Both the position numbers and the translations under genes were made by a program. The notes under the pieces are model-generated. The model was given only the letters and a program-made list of their open reading frames with translations. It did not search any database and was not told the origin of the DNA. Positions 13,101 to 30,000 of a stretch of DNA of 64,000 bases are shown piece after piece. Position 1 is the first letter of the stretch. Every line of letters begins with the position of its first letter. Source of the DNA: Eledone cirrhosa (Eukaryota); NCBI GenBank assembly GCA_964016885.1, contig OZ024743.1, positions 210,614,001 to 210,678,000 of the forward strand. Reading direction: 5' to 3'.

Positions 13101-16100
13101 GCTCCATAAGATATACCACAGTTTACCATCCTATAGCCACACATGAAAGCTCTTCACTCCATAAGATATACCACAGTTTAACATCCTATAGCCACACATG
13201 AAAGCTCTTCACTCCATAAGATATACCACAGTTTACCATCCTGTAGCCAGATGAAAGCTCTTCACTCTATAAGATATACCACAGTTTACCATCCTATAGC
13301 CAGATGAAAGCTCTTCACTCCATAAGATATACCACAGATTACCATCCTGTAGCCAGATGAAAGCTCTTCACTCCATAAGATATACCACAGATTACCATCC
13401 TGTAGCCAGATGAAAGCTCTTCACTCCATAAGATATACAACAGTTTACCAACCTATAGCCACAGATGAAAGCTCTTCACTCCATAAGATATACCACAGTT
13501 TACCATCCTATAGCCAGATGAAAGCTCTTCACTCCATTAGATATACCACAGTTTACCATCCTATAGCCACACATTAAAGCTCTTCACTCCATAAGATATA
13601 CCACAGTTTACCAACCTATAGCCACAGATGAAAGCTCTTCACTCCATAAGTTATACCACAGTTTACCATCCTATAGCCAGATGAAAGCTCTTCACTCCAT
13701 AAGATATACCAGTTTACCATCATATAGCCACAGACGAAAGCTCTTCACTCCATAAGATATACCACAGTTTACCATCCTATAGCCAGATGAAAGCTCTTCA
13801 CTCCATAAGATATACCACATTCTACCATCCTATAGCCAGATGAAACCCTTCACTCCATAAGATATACAACAGTTTACCATCCTATAGCCACAGATGAAAG
13901 CTCTTCACTCCATAAAATATACCACAGTTTACCATCCTATGGCCACAGATGAAAGCTCTTCACTCCATAAGATATACCACAGTTTACCATCCTATAGCCA
14001 CACATGAAAGCTCTTCACTCCATAAGATATACCACAGTTTACCATCCTATAGCCATACATGAAAGCTCTTCAGTCCATAAGATATACCACAGTTTACCAT
14101 CTTATAGCCACACATGAAAGCTGTTCACTCCATGAGATATACCACAGTTTACCATCCTATAGCCATGCATGAAAGCTCTTCAGTCCATAAGATATACCAC
14201 AGTTTACCATCCTATAGCCACAGATGAAAGCTCTTCACTCCATAATATATACCACAGTTTAACATGCGATAGCGAGATGAAAGCTCTTCACTCCATAAGA
14301 TATACCACGGTTTACCATCCTATAGCGACACATGAAAGCTCTTCACTCCATAAGATATACCACAGTTTACCATCCTATAGCTACAGATGAAAGCTCTTCA
14401 CTCCATAAGATATACCACAGTTTACCATCCTATGGCCACACATGAAAGCTCTTCACTCCATAAGATATACCACAGTTTACCATCCTTTCGCAAGATGAAA
14501 GCTCTTCACTCCATAAGATATACCACAGTTTACCATCATATGGTCACACATCAAAGCTCTTCACCCATGAGATATACCACAGTTTACCATCCTGTAGCCA
14601 GATGAAAGCTCTTCACTCCATAAGATATACAACAGTTTACCATCCTATAGCCACACATGAAAGCTCTTCACTCCATAAGATATACCACAGTTTACCATCA
14701 TATAGCCACAGATGAATGCACATCACTCCATAAGATATACCACAGTTTACCATCCTATAGCCACAGATGAAAGCTCTTCACCCCATAAGATATACCAGAG
14801 TTTACCATCCTATAGCCACAGATGAAAGCTCTTCGCTCCATAAGATATACCACAGTTTACCATCCTATAGCCACACATGAAAGCTCTTCACTCCTTAAGA
14901 TATACCACAGTTTACCATCCTATAGCCACAGATGAAAGCTCTTCGCTCCATAAGATATACCACAGTTTACCATCCTATAGCCACACATGAAAGCTCTTCA
15001 CTCCATGAGATATACCACAGTTTAACATCCTATAGCGACACATGAAAGCTCTTCACTCCATAAGATATACCACAGTTTACCATCCTGTAGCCAGATGAAA
15101 GCTCTTCACTCTATAAGATATACCACAGTTTACCATCCTATAGCCAGATGAAAGCTCTTCACTCCATAAGATATACCACAGTTTACCATCCTGTAGCCAG
15201 ATGAAAGCTCTTCATTCCATAAGATATACCACAGTTTACCATCCTATAGCCACACATGAAAGCTCTTCACTCCATAAGATATACCACAGTTACCATCCTA
15301 TAGGCAGATGAAAACTCTTCACTCCATAAGATATACCACAGTTTACCACCCTATAGCCAGATGAAAGCTCTTCACTCCATAAGATATACCAGTTTACCAT
15401 CCTATAGCCACAGATGAAAGCTCTTCGCTCCATAAGATATACCACAGTTTACCACCCTATAGCCAGATGAAAGATCTTCACTCCATAAGATATACCAGTT
15501 TACCATCCTATAGCCACAGATGAAAGCTCTTCACTCCATAAGATATACCACAGTTTACTATCCTATAGCCACAGATGAAAGCTCTTCACTCCATAAGATA
15601 TACCAGTTTACCATCCTATACCCACAGATGAAAGCTCTTCACTCCATAAGATATACCACAGTTTACCACCCTATAGCCAGATGAAAGCTCTTCACTCCAT
15701 AAGATATACCACAGTTTACCATCCTATTGCCACACATGAAAGCTCTTCACTCCATAAGATATACCACAGTTTACCATCATATACCCACAGATAAATGCAC
15801 AACACTCCATAAGATATACCACAGTTTACCATCCTATAGCCACAGATGAAAGCTCTTCACCCCATAAGATATACCACAGTTTACCATCCTATAGCCACAG
15901 ATGAAAGCTCTTCGCTCCATAAGATATACCACAGTTTACCATCCTATAGCCACACATGAAAGCTCTTCACTCCATAAGATATACCACAGTTTAACATCCT
16001 ATAGCCACACATGAAAGCTCTTCACTCCATAAGATATACCACAGTTTACCATCCTGTAGCCAGATGAAAGCTCTTCACTCCATAAGATATACAACAGTTT

Positions 16101-19100
16101 ACCAACCTATAGCCACAGATGAAAGCTCTTCACTCCATAAGATATACCACAGTTTACCATCCTATAGCCAGATGAAAGCTCTTCACTCCATAAGATATAC
16201 CACAGTTTACCATCCTATAGCCACACATTAAAGCTCTTCACTCCATAAGATATACCACAGTTTACCAACCTATAGCCACAGATGAAAGCTCTTCACACCA
16301 TAAGTTATACCACAGTTTACCATCCTATAGCCAGATGAAAGCTCTTCACTCCATAAGATATACCAGTTTACCATCATATAGCCACAGATGAAAGCTCTTC
16401 ACTCCATAAGATATACCACAGTTTACCATCCTATAGCCAGATGAAAGCTCTTCACTCCATACGATATACCACATTCTACCATCCTATAGCCAGATGAAAC
16501 CCTTCACTCCATAAGATATACAACAGTTTACCATCCTATAGCCACAGATGAAAGCTCTTCACTCCATAAGATATACCACAGTTTACCATCCTATGGCCAC
16601 AGTTGAAAGCTCTTCACTCCATAAGATATACCACAGTTTACCATCCTATAGCCACACATGAAAGCTCTTCAATCCATAAGATATACCACAGTTTACCATC
16701 CTATAGCCATACATGAAAGCTCTTCAGTCCATAAGATATACCACAGTTTACCATCTTATAGCCACACATGAAAGCTGTTCACTCCATAAGATATACCACA
16801 GTTTACCATCCTATAGCCATGCATGAAAGCTCTTCAGTCCATGAGATATACCACAGTTTACCATCCTATAGCCACAGATGAAAGCTCTTCACTCCATAAT
16901 ATATACCACAGTTTAACATCCGATAGCGAGATGAAAGCTCTTCACTCCATAAGATATACCACGGTTTACCATCCTATAGCCACACATGAAAGCTCTTCCC
17001 TCCATAAGATATACCACAGTTTACCATCTTATAGCCACAGATGAAAGCTCTTCACTCCATAAGATATACCATAGTTTACCATCCTATGGCCACACATGAA
17101 AGCTCTTCACTCCATAAGATATACCACAGTTTACCATCCTATAGCCACACATGAAAGCTCTTCACTCCATAAGTGATACCACAGTTTACCATCCTATAGC
17201 CATACATGAAAGCTCTTCAGTCCATAAGATATACCACAGTTTACCATCTTATAGCCACACATGAAAGCTGTTCACTCCATAAGATATACCACAGTTTACC
17301 ATCCTATAGCCATGCATGAAAGCTCTTCAGTCCATAAGATATACCACGGTTTACCATCCTATAGCCACACATGAAAGCTCTTCACTCCATAAGATATACC
17401 ACAGTTTACCATCCTATAGCCACAGATGAAAGCTCTTCACTCCATAAGATATACCACAGTTTACCATCCTATGGCCACACATGAAAGCTCTTCACACCAT
17501 AAGATATACCACAGTTTACCATCCTATAGCCATGCATGAAAGCTCTTCAGTCCATAAGATATACCACAGTTTACCATCCTATAGCCAGATGAAAGCTCTT
17601 CACTCCATAAGATATACCACAGTTTACCATCCTATAGCCACAGATGAAAGCTCTTCACTCCATAAGATATACCACAGTTTACCATCCTATGGCCACACAT
17701 GAAAGCTCTTCACACCATAAGATATACCACAGTTTACCATCCTATAGCCACACATGAAACTCTTCACTCCATAGGATATACCACAGTTTACCATCCTATA
17801 GCCACACATGAATGCTCTTCACTCCATAGGATATACCACAGTTTACCATCCTATAGCCATACATGAAAGCTCTTCAGTCCATAAGATATACCACAGTTTA
17901 CCATCCTATAGCCACAGATGAAAGCTCTTCACTCCATAAGATATACTACAGTTTACCATCCTATAGCCAGATGAAAGCTCTTCACTCCATAAGATATAGC
18001 ACAGTTTACCATCCTATAGCCACAGATGAAAGCTCTTCATTCCATAAGATATACCACAGTTTACCATCCTATTGCCACACATGAAAGCTCTTCACTCCAT
18101 AAGATATACCACAGTTTACCATGTTATAGCCACACATGAAAGCTCTTCAATCCATAAGATATACCACAGTTTACCATCCTATAGCCACAGATGAAAGCTC
18201 TTCACTCCATAAGATATACTACAGTTTACCATCCTATGGCCACACATGAAAGCTCTTCACTCCATAGGATATACCACAGTTTACCAGCCTATAGCCACAC
18301 ATGAAAGCTCTTCACTCCATAGGATATACCACAGTTTACCATCCTATAGCCACACATGAAAGCTCTTCACTCCATAACCATAGTTTACCATTCTATAGCC
18401 ACACATGAAAGCTCTTCACTCCATAAGATATACCACAGTTTACCATCCTATAGCCACAGATGAAAGCTCTTTACACCATGAGATATACCACAGTTTACCA
18501 TCCTATAGCCACAGATGAAAGCTCTTCAGTCCATAAGATATACCACAGTTTACCATCCTATGGCCACACATGAAAGCTCTTCACCCATAAGATATACCAC
18601 AGTTTACCATCCTTTCGCAAGATGAAAGCTCTTCACTCCATAGGATATACCACAGTTTACCATCCTATAGCCACCCATGAAAGCTCTTCACTCCATAAGA
18701 TATACCACAGTTTACCATCATATGGCCACACATCAAAGCTCTTCACTCCATAAGATATACCACAGTTTACCACCCTATAGCCAGATGAAAGCTCTTCACT
18801 CCATAAGATATACCAGAGTTTATCATCCTATAGCCACACATGAAAGCTCTTCACTCCATAAGATATACCACAGTTTACCATCATATAGCCACAGATGAAT
18901 GCACATCACTCCATAAGATATACCACAGTTTACCATCCTATAGCCACAGATGAAAGCTCTTCACCCCATAAGATATACCAGAGTTTACCATCCTATAGCC
19001 ACAGATGAAAGCTCTTCGCTCCATAAGATATACCACAGTTTACCATCCTATAGCCACACATGAAAGCTCTTCACTCCATAAGATATACCACAGTTTACCA

Positions 19101-21500
19101 TCCTATAGCCACAGATGAAAGCTCTTCGCTCCATAAGATATACCACAGTTTACCATCCTATAGCCACACATGAAAGCTCTTCACTCCATGAGATATACCA
19201 CAGTTTAACATCCTATAGCGACACATGAAAGCTCTTCACTCCATAAGATATACCACAGTTTACCATCCTGTAGCCAGATGAAAGCTCTTCACTCTATAAG
19301 ATATACCACAGTTTACCATCCTATAGCCAGATGAAAGCTCTTCACTCCATAAGATATACCACAGTTTACCATCCTGTAGCCAGATGAAAGCTCTTCATTC
19401 CATAAGATATACCACAGTTTACCATCCTATAGCCACACATGAAAGCTCTTCACTCCATAAAATATACCACAGTTACCATCCTATAGGCAGATGAAAACTC
19501 TTCACTCCATAAGATATACCACAGTTTACCACCCTATAGCCAGATGAAAGCTCTTCACTCCATAAGATATACCAGTTTACCATCCTATAGCCACAGATGA
19601 AAGCTCTTCGCTCCATAAGATATACCACAGTTTACCACCCTATAGCCAGATGAAAGATCTTCACTCCATAAGATATACCAGTTTACCATCCTATAGCCAC
19701 AGATGAAAGCTCTTCACTCCATAAGATATACCACAGTTTACTATCCTATAGCCACAGATGAAAGCTCTTCCCTCCATAAGATATACCAGTTTACCATCCT
19801 ATAGCCACAGATGAAAGCTCTTCACTCCATAAGATATACCACAGTTTACCACCCTATAGCCAGATGAAAGCTCTTCACTCCATAAGATATACCAGAGTTT
19901 ACCATCCTATAGCCACACATGAAAGCACTTCACTCCATAAGATATACCACAGTTTACCATCATATACCCACAGATAAATGCACATCACTCCATAAGATAT
20001 ACCACAGTTTACCATCCTATAGCCACAGATGAAAGCTCTTCACCCCATAAGATATACCACAGTTTACCATCCTATAGCCACAGATGAAAGCTCTTCGCTC
20101 CATAAGATATACCACAGTTTACCATCCTATAGCCACACATGAAAGCTCTTCACTCCATAAGATATACCACAGTTTAACATCCTATAGCCACACATGAAAG
20201 CTCTTCACTCCATAAGATATACCACAGTTTACCATCCTGTAGCCAGATGAAAGCTCTTCACTCTATAAGATATACCACAGTTTACCATCCTATAGCCAGA
20301 TGAAAGCTCTTCACTCCATAAGATATACCACAGATTACCATCCTGTAGCCAGATGAAAGCTCTTCACTCCATAAGATATACCACAGATTACCATCCTGTA
20401 GCCAGATGAAAGCTCTTCACTCCATAAGATATACAACAGTTTACCAACCTATAGCCACAGATGAAAGCTCTTCACTCCATAAGATATACCACAGTTTACC
20501 ATCCTATAGCCAGATGAAAGCTCTTCACTCCATAAGATATACCACAGTTTACCATCCTATAGCCACACATTAAAGCTCTTCACTCCATAAAATATACCAC
20601 AGTTTACCAACCTATAGCCACAGATGAAAGCTCTTCACTCCATAAGTTATACCACAGTTTACCATCCTATAGCCAGATGAAAGCTCTTCACTCCATAAGA
20701 TATACCAGTTTACCATCATATAGCCACAGACGAAAGCTCTTCACTCCATAAGATATACCACAGTTTACCATCCTATAGCCAGATGAAAGCTCTTCACTCC
20801 ATAAGATATACCACATTCTACCATCCTATAGCCAGATGAAACCCTTCACTCCATAAGATATACAACAGTTTACCATCCTATAGCCACAGATGAAAGCTCT
20901 TCACTCCATAAAATATACCACAGTTTACCATCCTATGGCCACAGATGAAAGCTCTTCACTCCATAAGATATACCACAGTTTACCATCCTATAGCCACACA
21001 TGAAAGCTCTTCACTCCATAAGATATACCACAGTTTACCATCCTATAGCCATACATGAAAGCTCTTCAGTCCATAAGATATACCACAGTTTACCATCTTA
21101 TAGCCACACATGAAAGCTGTTCACTCCATGAGATATACCACAGTTTACCATCCTATAGCCATGCATGAAAGCTCTTCAGTCCATAAGATATACCACAGTT
21201 TACCATCCCATAGCCACAGATGAAAGCTCTTCACTCCATAATATATACCACAGTTTAACATCCGATAGCGAGATGAAAGCTCTTCACTCCATAAGATATA
21301 CCACGGTTTACCATCCTATAGCGACACATGAAAGCTCTTCACTCCATAAGATATACCACAGTTTACCATCCTATAGCTACAGATGAAAGCTCTTCACTCC
21401 ATAAGATATACCACAGTTTACCATCCTATGGCCACACATGAAAGCTCTTCACTCCATAAGATATACCACAGTTTACCATCCTTTCGCAAGATGAAAGCTC
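10200..21500 (+). repeat. Duplication with 6996-bp offset (~10200-14500 matches ~17200-21500)
   Basis: Offsets 10485>17481, 10867>17863, 11681>18677, 14169>21165 and 14387>21383 all equal 6996. Confidence 0.88.
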
Positions 21501-24500
21501 TTCACTCCATAGGATATACCACAGTTTACCATCCTATAGCCACCCATGAAAGCTCTTCACTCCATAAGATATACCACAGTTTACCATCATATGGCCACAC
21601 ATCAAAGCTCTTCACCCATGAGATATACCACAGTTTACCATCCTGTAGCCAGATGAAAGCTCTTCACTCCATAAGATATACAACAGTTTACCATCCTATA
21701 GCCACACATGAAAGCTCTTCACTCCATAAGATATACCACAGTTTACCATCATATAGCCACAGATGAATGCACATCACTCCATAAGATATACCACAGTTTA
21801 CCATCCTATAGCCACAGATGAAAGCTCTTCACCCCATAAGATATACCAGAATTTACCATCCTATAGCCACAGATGAAAGCTCTTCGCTCCATAAGATATA
21901 CCACAGTTTACCATCCTATAGCCACACATGAAAGCTCTTCACTCCTTAAGATATACCACAGTTTACCATCCTATAGCCACAGATGAAAGCTCTTCGCTCC
22001 ATAAGATATACCACAGTTTACCATCCTATAGCCACACATGAAAGCTCTTCACTCCATGAGATATACCACAGTTTAACATCCTATAGCGACACATGAAAGC
22101 TCTTCACTCCATAAGATATACCACAGTTTACCATCCTGTAGCCAGATGAAAGCTCTTCACTCTATAAGATATACCACAGTTTACCATCCTATAGCCAGAT
22201 GAAAGCTCTTCACTCCATAAGATATACCACAGTTTACCATCCTGTAGCCAGATGAAAGCTCTTCATTCCATAAGATATACCACAGTTTACCATCCTATAG
22301 CCACACATGAAAGCTCTTCACTCCATAAGATATACCACAGTTACCATCCTATAGGCAGATGAAAACTCTTCACTCCATAAGATATACCACAGTTTACCAC
22401 CCTATAGCCAGATGAAAGCTCTTCACTCCATAAGATATACCAGTTTACCATCCTATAGCCACAGATGAAAGCTCTTCGCTCCATAAGATATACCACAGTT
22501 TACCACCCTATAGCCAGATGAAAGATCTTCACTCCATAAGATATACCAGTTTACCATCCTATAGCCACAGATGAAAGCTCTTCACTCCATAAGATATACC
22601 ACAGTTTACTATCCTATAGCCACAGATGAAAGCTCTTCACTCCATAAGATATACCAGTTTACCATCCTATACCCACAGATGAAAGCTCTTCACTCCATAA
22701 GATATACCACAGTTTACCACCCTATAGCCAGATGAAAGCTCTTCACTCCATAAGATATACCACAGTTTACCATCCTATTGCCACACATGAAAGCTCTTCA
22801 CTCCATAAGATATACCACAGTTTACCATCATATACCCACAGATAAATGCACAACACTCCATAAGATATACCACAGTTTACCATCCTATAGCCACAGATGA
22901 AAGCTCGTCACCCCATAAGATATACCACAGTTTACCATCCTATAGCCACAGATGAAAGCTCTTCGCTCCATAAGATATACCACAGTTTACCATCCTATAG
23001 CCACACATGAAAGCTCTTCACTCCATAAGATATACCACAGTTTAACATCCTATAGCCACACATGAAAGCTCTTCACTCCATAAGATATACCACAGTTTAC
23101 CATCCTGTAGCCAGATGAAAGCTCTTCACTCCATAAGATATACAACAGTTTACCAACCTATAGCCACAGATGAAAGCTCTTCACTCCATAAGATATACCA
23201 CAGTTTACCATCCTATAGCCAGATGAAAGCTCTTCACTCCATAAGATATACCACAGTTTACCATCCTATAGCCACACATTAAAGCTCTTCACTCCATAAG
23301 ATATACCACAGTTTACCAACCTATAGCCACAGATGAAAGCTCTTCACTCCATAAGTTATACCACAGTTTACCATCCTATAGCCAGATGAAAGCTCTTCAC
23401 TCCATAAGATATACCAGTTTACCATCATATAGCCACAGATGAAAGCTCTTCACTCCATAAGATATACCACAGTTTACCATCCTATAGCCAGATGAAAGCT
23501 CTTCACTCCATAAGATATACCACATTCTACCATCCTATAGCCAGATGAAACCCTTCACTCCATAAGATATACAACAGTTTACCATCCTATAGCCACAGAT
23601 GAAAGCTCTTCACTCCATAAAATATACCACAGTTTACCATCCTATGGCCACAGATGAAAGCTCTTCACTCCATAAGATATACCACAGTTTACCATCCTAT
23701 AGCCACACATGAAAGCTCTTCACTCCATAAGATATACCACAGTTTACCATCCTATAGCCATACATGAAAGCTCTTCAGTCCATAAGATATACCACAGTTT
23801 ACCATCTTATAGCCACACATGAAAGCTGTTCACTCCATGAGATATACCACAGTTTACCATCCTATAACCATGCATGAAAGCTCTTCAGTCCATAAGATAT
23901 ACCACAGTTTACCATCCTATAGCCACAGATGAAAGCTCTTCACTCCATAATATATACCACAGTTTAACATCCGATAGCGAGATGAAAGCTCTTCACTCCA
24001 TAAGATATACCACGGTTTACCATCCTATAGCGACACATGAAAGCTCTTCACTCCATAAGATATACCACAGTTTACCATCCTATAGCTACAGATGAAAGCT
24101 CTTCACTCCATAAGATATACCACAGTTTACCATCCTATGGCCACACATGAAAGCTCTTCACTCCATAAGATATACCACAGTTTACCATCCTTTCGCAAGA
24201 CGAAAGCTCTTCACTCCATAGGATATACCACAGTTTACCATCCTATAGCCACCCATGAAAGCTCTTCACTCCATAAGATATACCACAGTTTACCATCATA
24301 TGGCCACACATCAAAGCTCTTCACCCATGAGATATACCACAGTTTACCATCCTGTAGCCAGATGAAAGCTCTTCACTCCATAAGATATACAACAGTTTAC
24401 CATCCTATAGCCACACATGAAAGCTCTTCACTCCATAAGATATACCACAGTTTACCATCATATAGCCACAGATGAATGCACATCACTCCATAAGATATAC

Positions 24501-26582
24501 CACAGTTTACCATCCTATAGCCACAGATGAAAGCTCTTCACCCCATAAGATATACCAGAGTTTACCATCCTATAGCCACAGATGAAAGCTCTTCGCTCCA
24601 TAAGATATACCACAGTTTACCATCCTATAGCCACACATGAAAGCTCTTCACTCCTTAAGATATACCACAGTTTACCATCCTATAGCCACAGATGAAAGCT
24701 CTTCGCTCCATAAGATATACCACAGTTTACCATCCTATAGCCACACATGAAAGCTCTTCACTCCATGAGATATACCACAGTTTAACATCCTATAGCGACA
24801 CATGAAAGCTCTTCACTCCATAAGATATACCACAGTTTACCATCCTGTAGCCAGATGAAAGCTCTTCACTCTATAAGATATACCACAGTTTACCATCCTA
24901 TAGCCAGATGAAAGCTCTTCACTCCATAAGATATACCACAGTTTACCATCCTGTAGCCAGATGAAAGCTCTTCATTCCATAAGATATACCACAGTTTACC
25001 ATCCTATAGCCACACATGAAAGCTCTTCACTCCATAAGATATACCACAGTTACCATCCTATAGGCAGATGAAAACTCTTCACTCCATAAGATATACCACA
25101 GTTTACCACCCTATAGCCAGATGAAAGCTCTTCACTCCATAAGATATACCAGTTTACCATCCTATAGCCACAGATGAAAGCTCTTCGCTCCATAAGATAT
25201 ACCACAGTTTACCACCCTATAGCCAGATGAAAGATCTTCACTCCATAAGATATACCAGTTTACCATCCTATAGCCACAGATGAAAGCTCTTCACTCCATA
25301 AGATATACCACAGTTTACTATCCTATAGCCACAGATGAAAGCTCTTCACTCCATAAGATATACCAGTTTACCATCCTATACCCACAGATGAAAGCTCTTC
25401 ACTCCATAAGATATACCACAGTTTACCACCCTATAGCCAGATGAAAGCTCTTCACTCCATAAGATATACCACAGTTTACCATCCTATTGCCACACATGAA
25501 AGCTCTTCACTCCATAAGATATACCACAGTTTACCATCATATACCCACAGATAAATGCACAACACTCCATAAGATATACCACAGTTTACCATCCTATAGC
25601 CACAGATGAAAGCTCTTCACCCCATAAGATATACCACAGTTTACCATCCTATAGCCACAGATGAAAGCTCTTCGCTCCATAAGATATACCACAGTTTACC
25701 ATCCTATAGCCACACATGAAAGCTCTTCACTCCATAAGATATACCACAGTTTAACATCCTATAGCCACACATGAAAGCTCTTCACTCCATAAGATATACC
25801 ACAGTTTACCATCCTGTAGCCAGATGAAAGCTCTTCACTCCATAAGATATACAACAGTTTACCAACCTATAGCCACAGATGAAAGCTCTTCACTCCATAA
25901 GATATACCACAGTTTACCATCCTATAGCCAGATGAAAGCTCTTCACTCCATAAGATATACCACAGTTTACCATCCTATAGCCACACATTAAAGCTCTTCA
26001 CTCCATAAGATATACCACAGTTTACCAACCTATAGCCACAGATGAAAGCTCTTCACACCATAAGTTATACCACAGTTTACCATCCTATAGCCAGATGAAA
26101 GCTCTTCACTCCATAAGATATACCAGTTTACCATCATATAGCCACAGATGAAAGCTCTTCACTCCATAAGATATACCACAGTTTACCATCCTATAGCCAG
26201 ATGAAAGCTCTTCACTCCATAAGATATACCACATTCTACCATCCTATAGCCAGATGAAACCCTTCACTCCATAAGATATACAACAGTTTACCATCCTATA
26301 GCCACAGATGAAAGCTCTTCACTCCATAAGATATACCACAGTTTACCATCCTATGGCCACAGTTGAAAGCTCTTCACTCCATAAGATATACCACAGTTTA
26401 CCATCCTATAGCCACACATGAAAGCTCTTCAATCCATAAGATATACCACAGTTTACCATCCTATAGCCACAGATGAAAGCTCTTCACTCCATAAGATATA
26501 CCACAGTTTACCATCTTATAGCCACACATGAAAGCTGTTCACTCCATAAGATATACCACAGTTTACCATCCTATAGCCATGC
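21165..26582 (+). repeat. Tandem higher-order repeat, 2709-bp unit (~50 monomers), 2 copies; related units of 2654 bp (14169-16822) and 2599 bp (39180-41778)
   Basis: Marker ORF starts at 21165, 23874 and 26583 (offset 2709) and at 21383/24092, with the same order of variant monomers. The related units differ by exactly 55 and 110 bp. Confidence 0.9.
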
Positions 26583-27000
26583 ATGAAAGCTCTTCAGTCC
26601 ATGAGATATACCACAGTTTACCATCCTATAGCCACAGATGAAAGCTCTTCACTCCATAATATATACCACAGTTTAACATCCGATAGCGAGATGAAAGCTC
26701 TTCACTCCATAAGATATACCACGGTTTACCATCCTATAGCCACACATGAAAGCTCTTCCCTCCATAAGATATACCACAGTTTACCATCTTATAGCCACAG
26801 ATGAAAGCTCTTCACTCCATAAGATATACCATAGTTTACCATCCTATGGCCACACATGAAAGCTCTTCACTCCATAAGATATACCACAGTTTACCATCCT
26901 ATAGCCACACATGAAAGCTCTTCACTCCATAAGTGATACCACAGTTTACCATCCTATAGCCATACATGAAAGCTCTTCAGTCCATAAGATATACCACAGT

Positions 27001-30000
27001 TTACCATCTTATAGCCACACATGAAAGCTGTTCACTCCATAAGATATACCACAGTTTACCATCCTATAGCCATGCATGAAAGCTCTTCAGTCCATAAGAT
27101 ATACCACGGTTTACCATCCTATAGCCACACATGAAAGCTCTTCACTCCATAAGATATACCACAGTTTACCATCCTATAGCCACAGATGAAAGCTCTTCAC
27201 TCCATAAGATATACCACAGTTTACCATCCTATGGCCACACATGAAAGCTCTTCACACCATAAGATATACCACAGTTTACCATCCTATAGCCATGCATGAA
27301 AGCTCTTCAGTCCATAAGATATACCACAGTTTACCATCCTATAGCCAGATGAAAGCTCTTCACTCCATAAGATATACCACAGTTTACCATCCTATAGCCA
27401 CAGATGAAAGCTCTTCACTCCATAAGATATACCACAGTTTACCATCCTATGGCCACACATGAAAGCTCTTCACACCATAAGATATACCACAGTTTACCAT
27501 CCTATAGCCACACATGAAACTCTTCACTCCATAAGATATACCACAGTTTACCATCCTATAGCCACACATGAATGCTCTTCACTCCATAGGATATACCACA
27601 GTTTACCATCCTATAGCCATACATGAAAGCTCTTCAGTCCATAAGATATACCACAGTTTACCATCCTATAGCCACAGATGAAAGCTCTTCACTCCATAAG
27701 ATATACTACAGTTTACCATCCTATAGCCAGATGAAAGCTCTTCACTCCATAAGATATAGCACAGTTTACCATCCTATAGCCACAGATGAAAGCTCTTCAT
27801 TCCATAAGATATACCACAGTTTACCATCCTATTGCCACACATGAAAGCTCTTCACTCCATAAGATATACCACAGTTTACCATGTTATAGCCACACATGAA
27901 AGCTCTTCAATCCATAAGATATACCACAGTTTACCATCCTATAGCCACAGATGAAAGCTCTTCACTCCATAAGATATACTACAGTTTACCATCCTATGGC
28001 CACACATGAAAGCTCTTCACTCCATAGGATATACCACAGTTTACCAGCCTATAGCCACACATGAAAGCTCTTCACTCCATAGGATATACCACAGTTTACC
28101 ATCCTATAGCCACACATGAAAGCTCTTCACTCCATAACCATAGTTTACCATTCTATAGCCACACATGAAAGCTCTTCACTCCATAAGATATACCACAGTT
28201 TACCATCCTATAGCCACAGATGAAAGCTCTTTACACCATGAGATATACCACAGTTTACCATCCTATAGCCACAGATGAAAGCTCTTCAGTCCATAAGATA
28301 TACCACAGTTTACCATCCTATGGCCACACATGAAAGCTCTTCACCCATAAGATATACCACAGTTTACCATCCTTTCGCAAGATGAAAGCTCTTCACTCCA
28401 TAGGATATACCACAGTTTACCATCCTATAGCCACCCATGAAAGCTCTTCACTCCATAAGATATACCACAGTTTACCATCATATGGCCACACATCAAAGCT
28501 CTTCACTCCATAAGATATACCACAGTTTACCACCCTATAGCCAGATGAAAGCTCTTCACTCCATAAGATATACCAGAGTTTATCATCCTATAGCCACACA
28601 TGAAAGCTCTTCACTCCATAAGATATACCACAGTTTACCATCATATAGCCACAGATGAATGCACATCACTCCATAAGATATACCACAGTTTACCATCCTA
28701 TAGCCACAGATGAAAGCTCTTCACCCCATAAGATATACCAGAGTTTACCATCCTATAGCCACAGATGAAAGCTCTTCGCTCCATAAGATATACCACAGTT
28801 TACCATCCTATAGCCACACATGAAAGCTCTTCACTCCATAAGATATACCACAGTTTACCATCTCATAGCCACACATGAAAGCTGTTCACTCCATAAGATA
28901 TACCACAGTTTACCATCCTATAGCCATGCATGAAAGCTCTTCAGTCCATAAGATATACCACGGTTTACCATCCTATAGCCACACATGAAAGCTCTTCACT
29001 CCATAAGATATACCACAGTTTACCATCCTATAGCCACAGATGAAAGCTCTTCACTCCATAAGATATACCACAGTTTACCATCCTATGACCACACATGAAA
29101 GCTCTTCACACCATAAGATATACCACAGTTTACCATCCTATAGCCATGCATGAAAGCTCTTCAGTCCATAAGATATACCACAGTTTACCATCCTATAGCC
29201 AGATGAAAGCTCTTCACTCCATAAGATATACCACAGTTTACCATCCTATAGCCACAGATGAAAGCTCTTCACTCCATAAGATATACCACAGTTTACCATC
29301 CTATGGCCACACATGAAAGCTCTTCACACCATAAGATATACCACAGTTTACCATCCTATAGCCACACATGAAACTCTTCACTCCATAGGATATACCACAG
29401 TTTACCATCCTATAGCCACACATGAATGCTCTTCACTCCATAGGATATACCACAGTTTACCATCCTATAGCCATACATGAAAGCTCTTCAGTCCATAAGA
29501 TATACCACAGTTTACCATCCTATAGCCACAGATGAAAGCTCTTCACTCCATAAGATATACTACAGTTTACCATCCTATAGCCAGATGAAAGCTCTTCACT
29601 CCATAAGATATAGCACAGTTTACCATCCTATAGCCACAGATGAAAGCTCTTCATTCCATAAGATATACCACAGTTTACCATCCTATTGCCACACATGAAA
29701 GCTCTTCACTCCATAAGATATACCACAGTTTACCATGTTATAGCCACACATGAAAGCTCTTCAATCCATAAGATATACCACAGTTTACCATCCTATAGCC
29801 ACAGATGAAAGCTCTTCACTCCATAAGATATACTACAGTTTACCATCCTATGGCCACACATGAAAGCTCTTCACTCCATAGGATATACCACAGTTTACCA
29901 GCCTATAGCCACACATGAAAGCTCTTCACTCCATAGGATATACCACAGTTTACCATCCTATAGCCACACATGAAAGCTCTTCACTCCATAACCATAGTTT

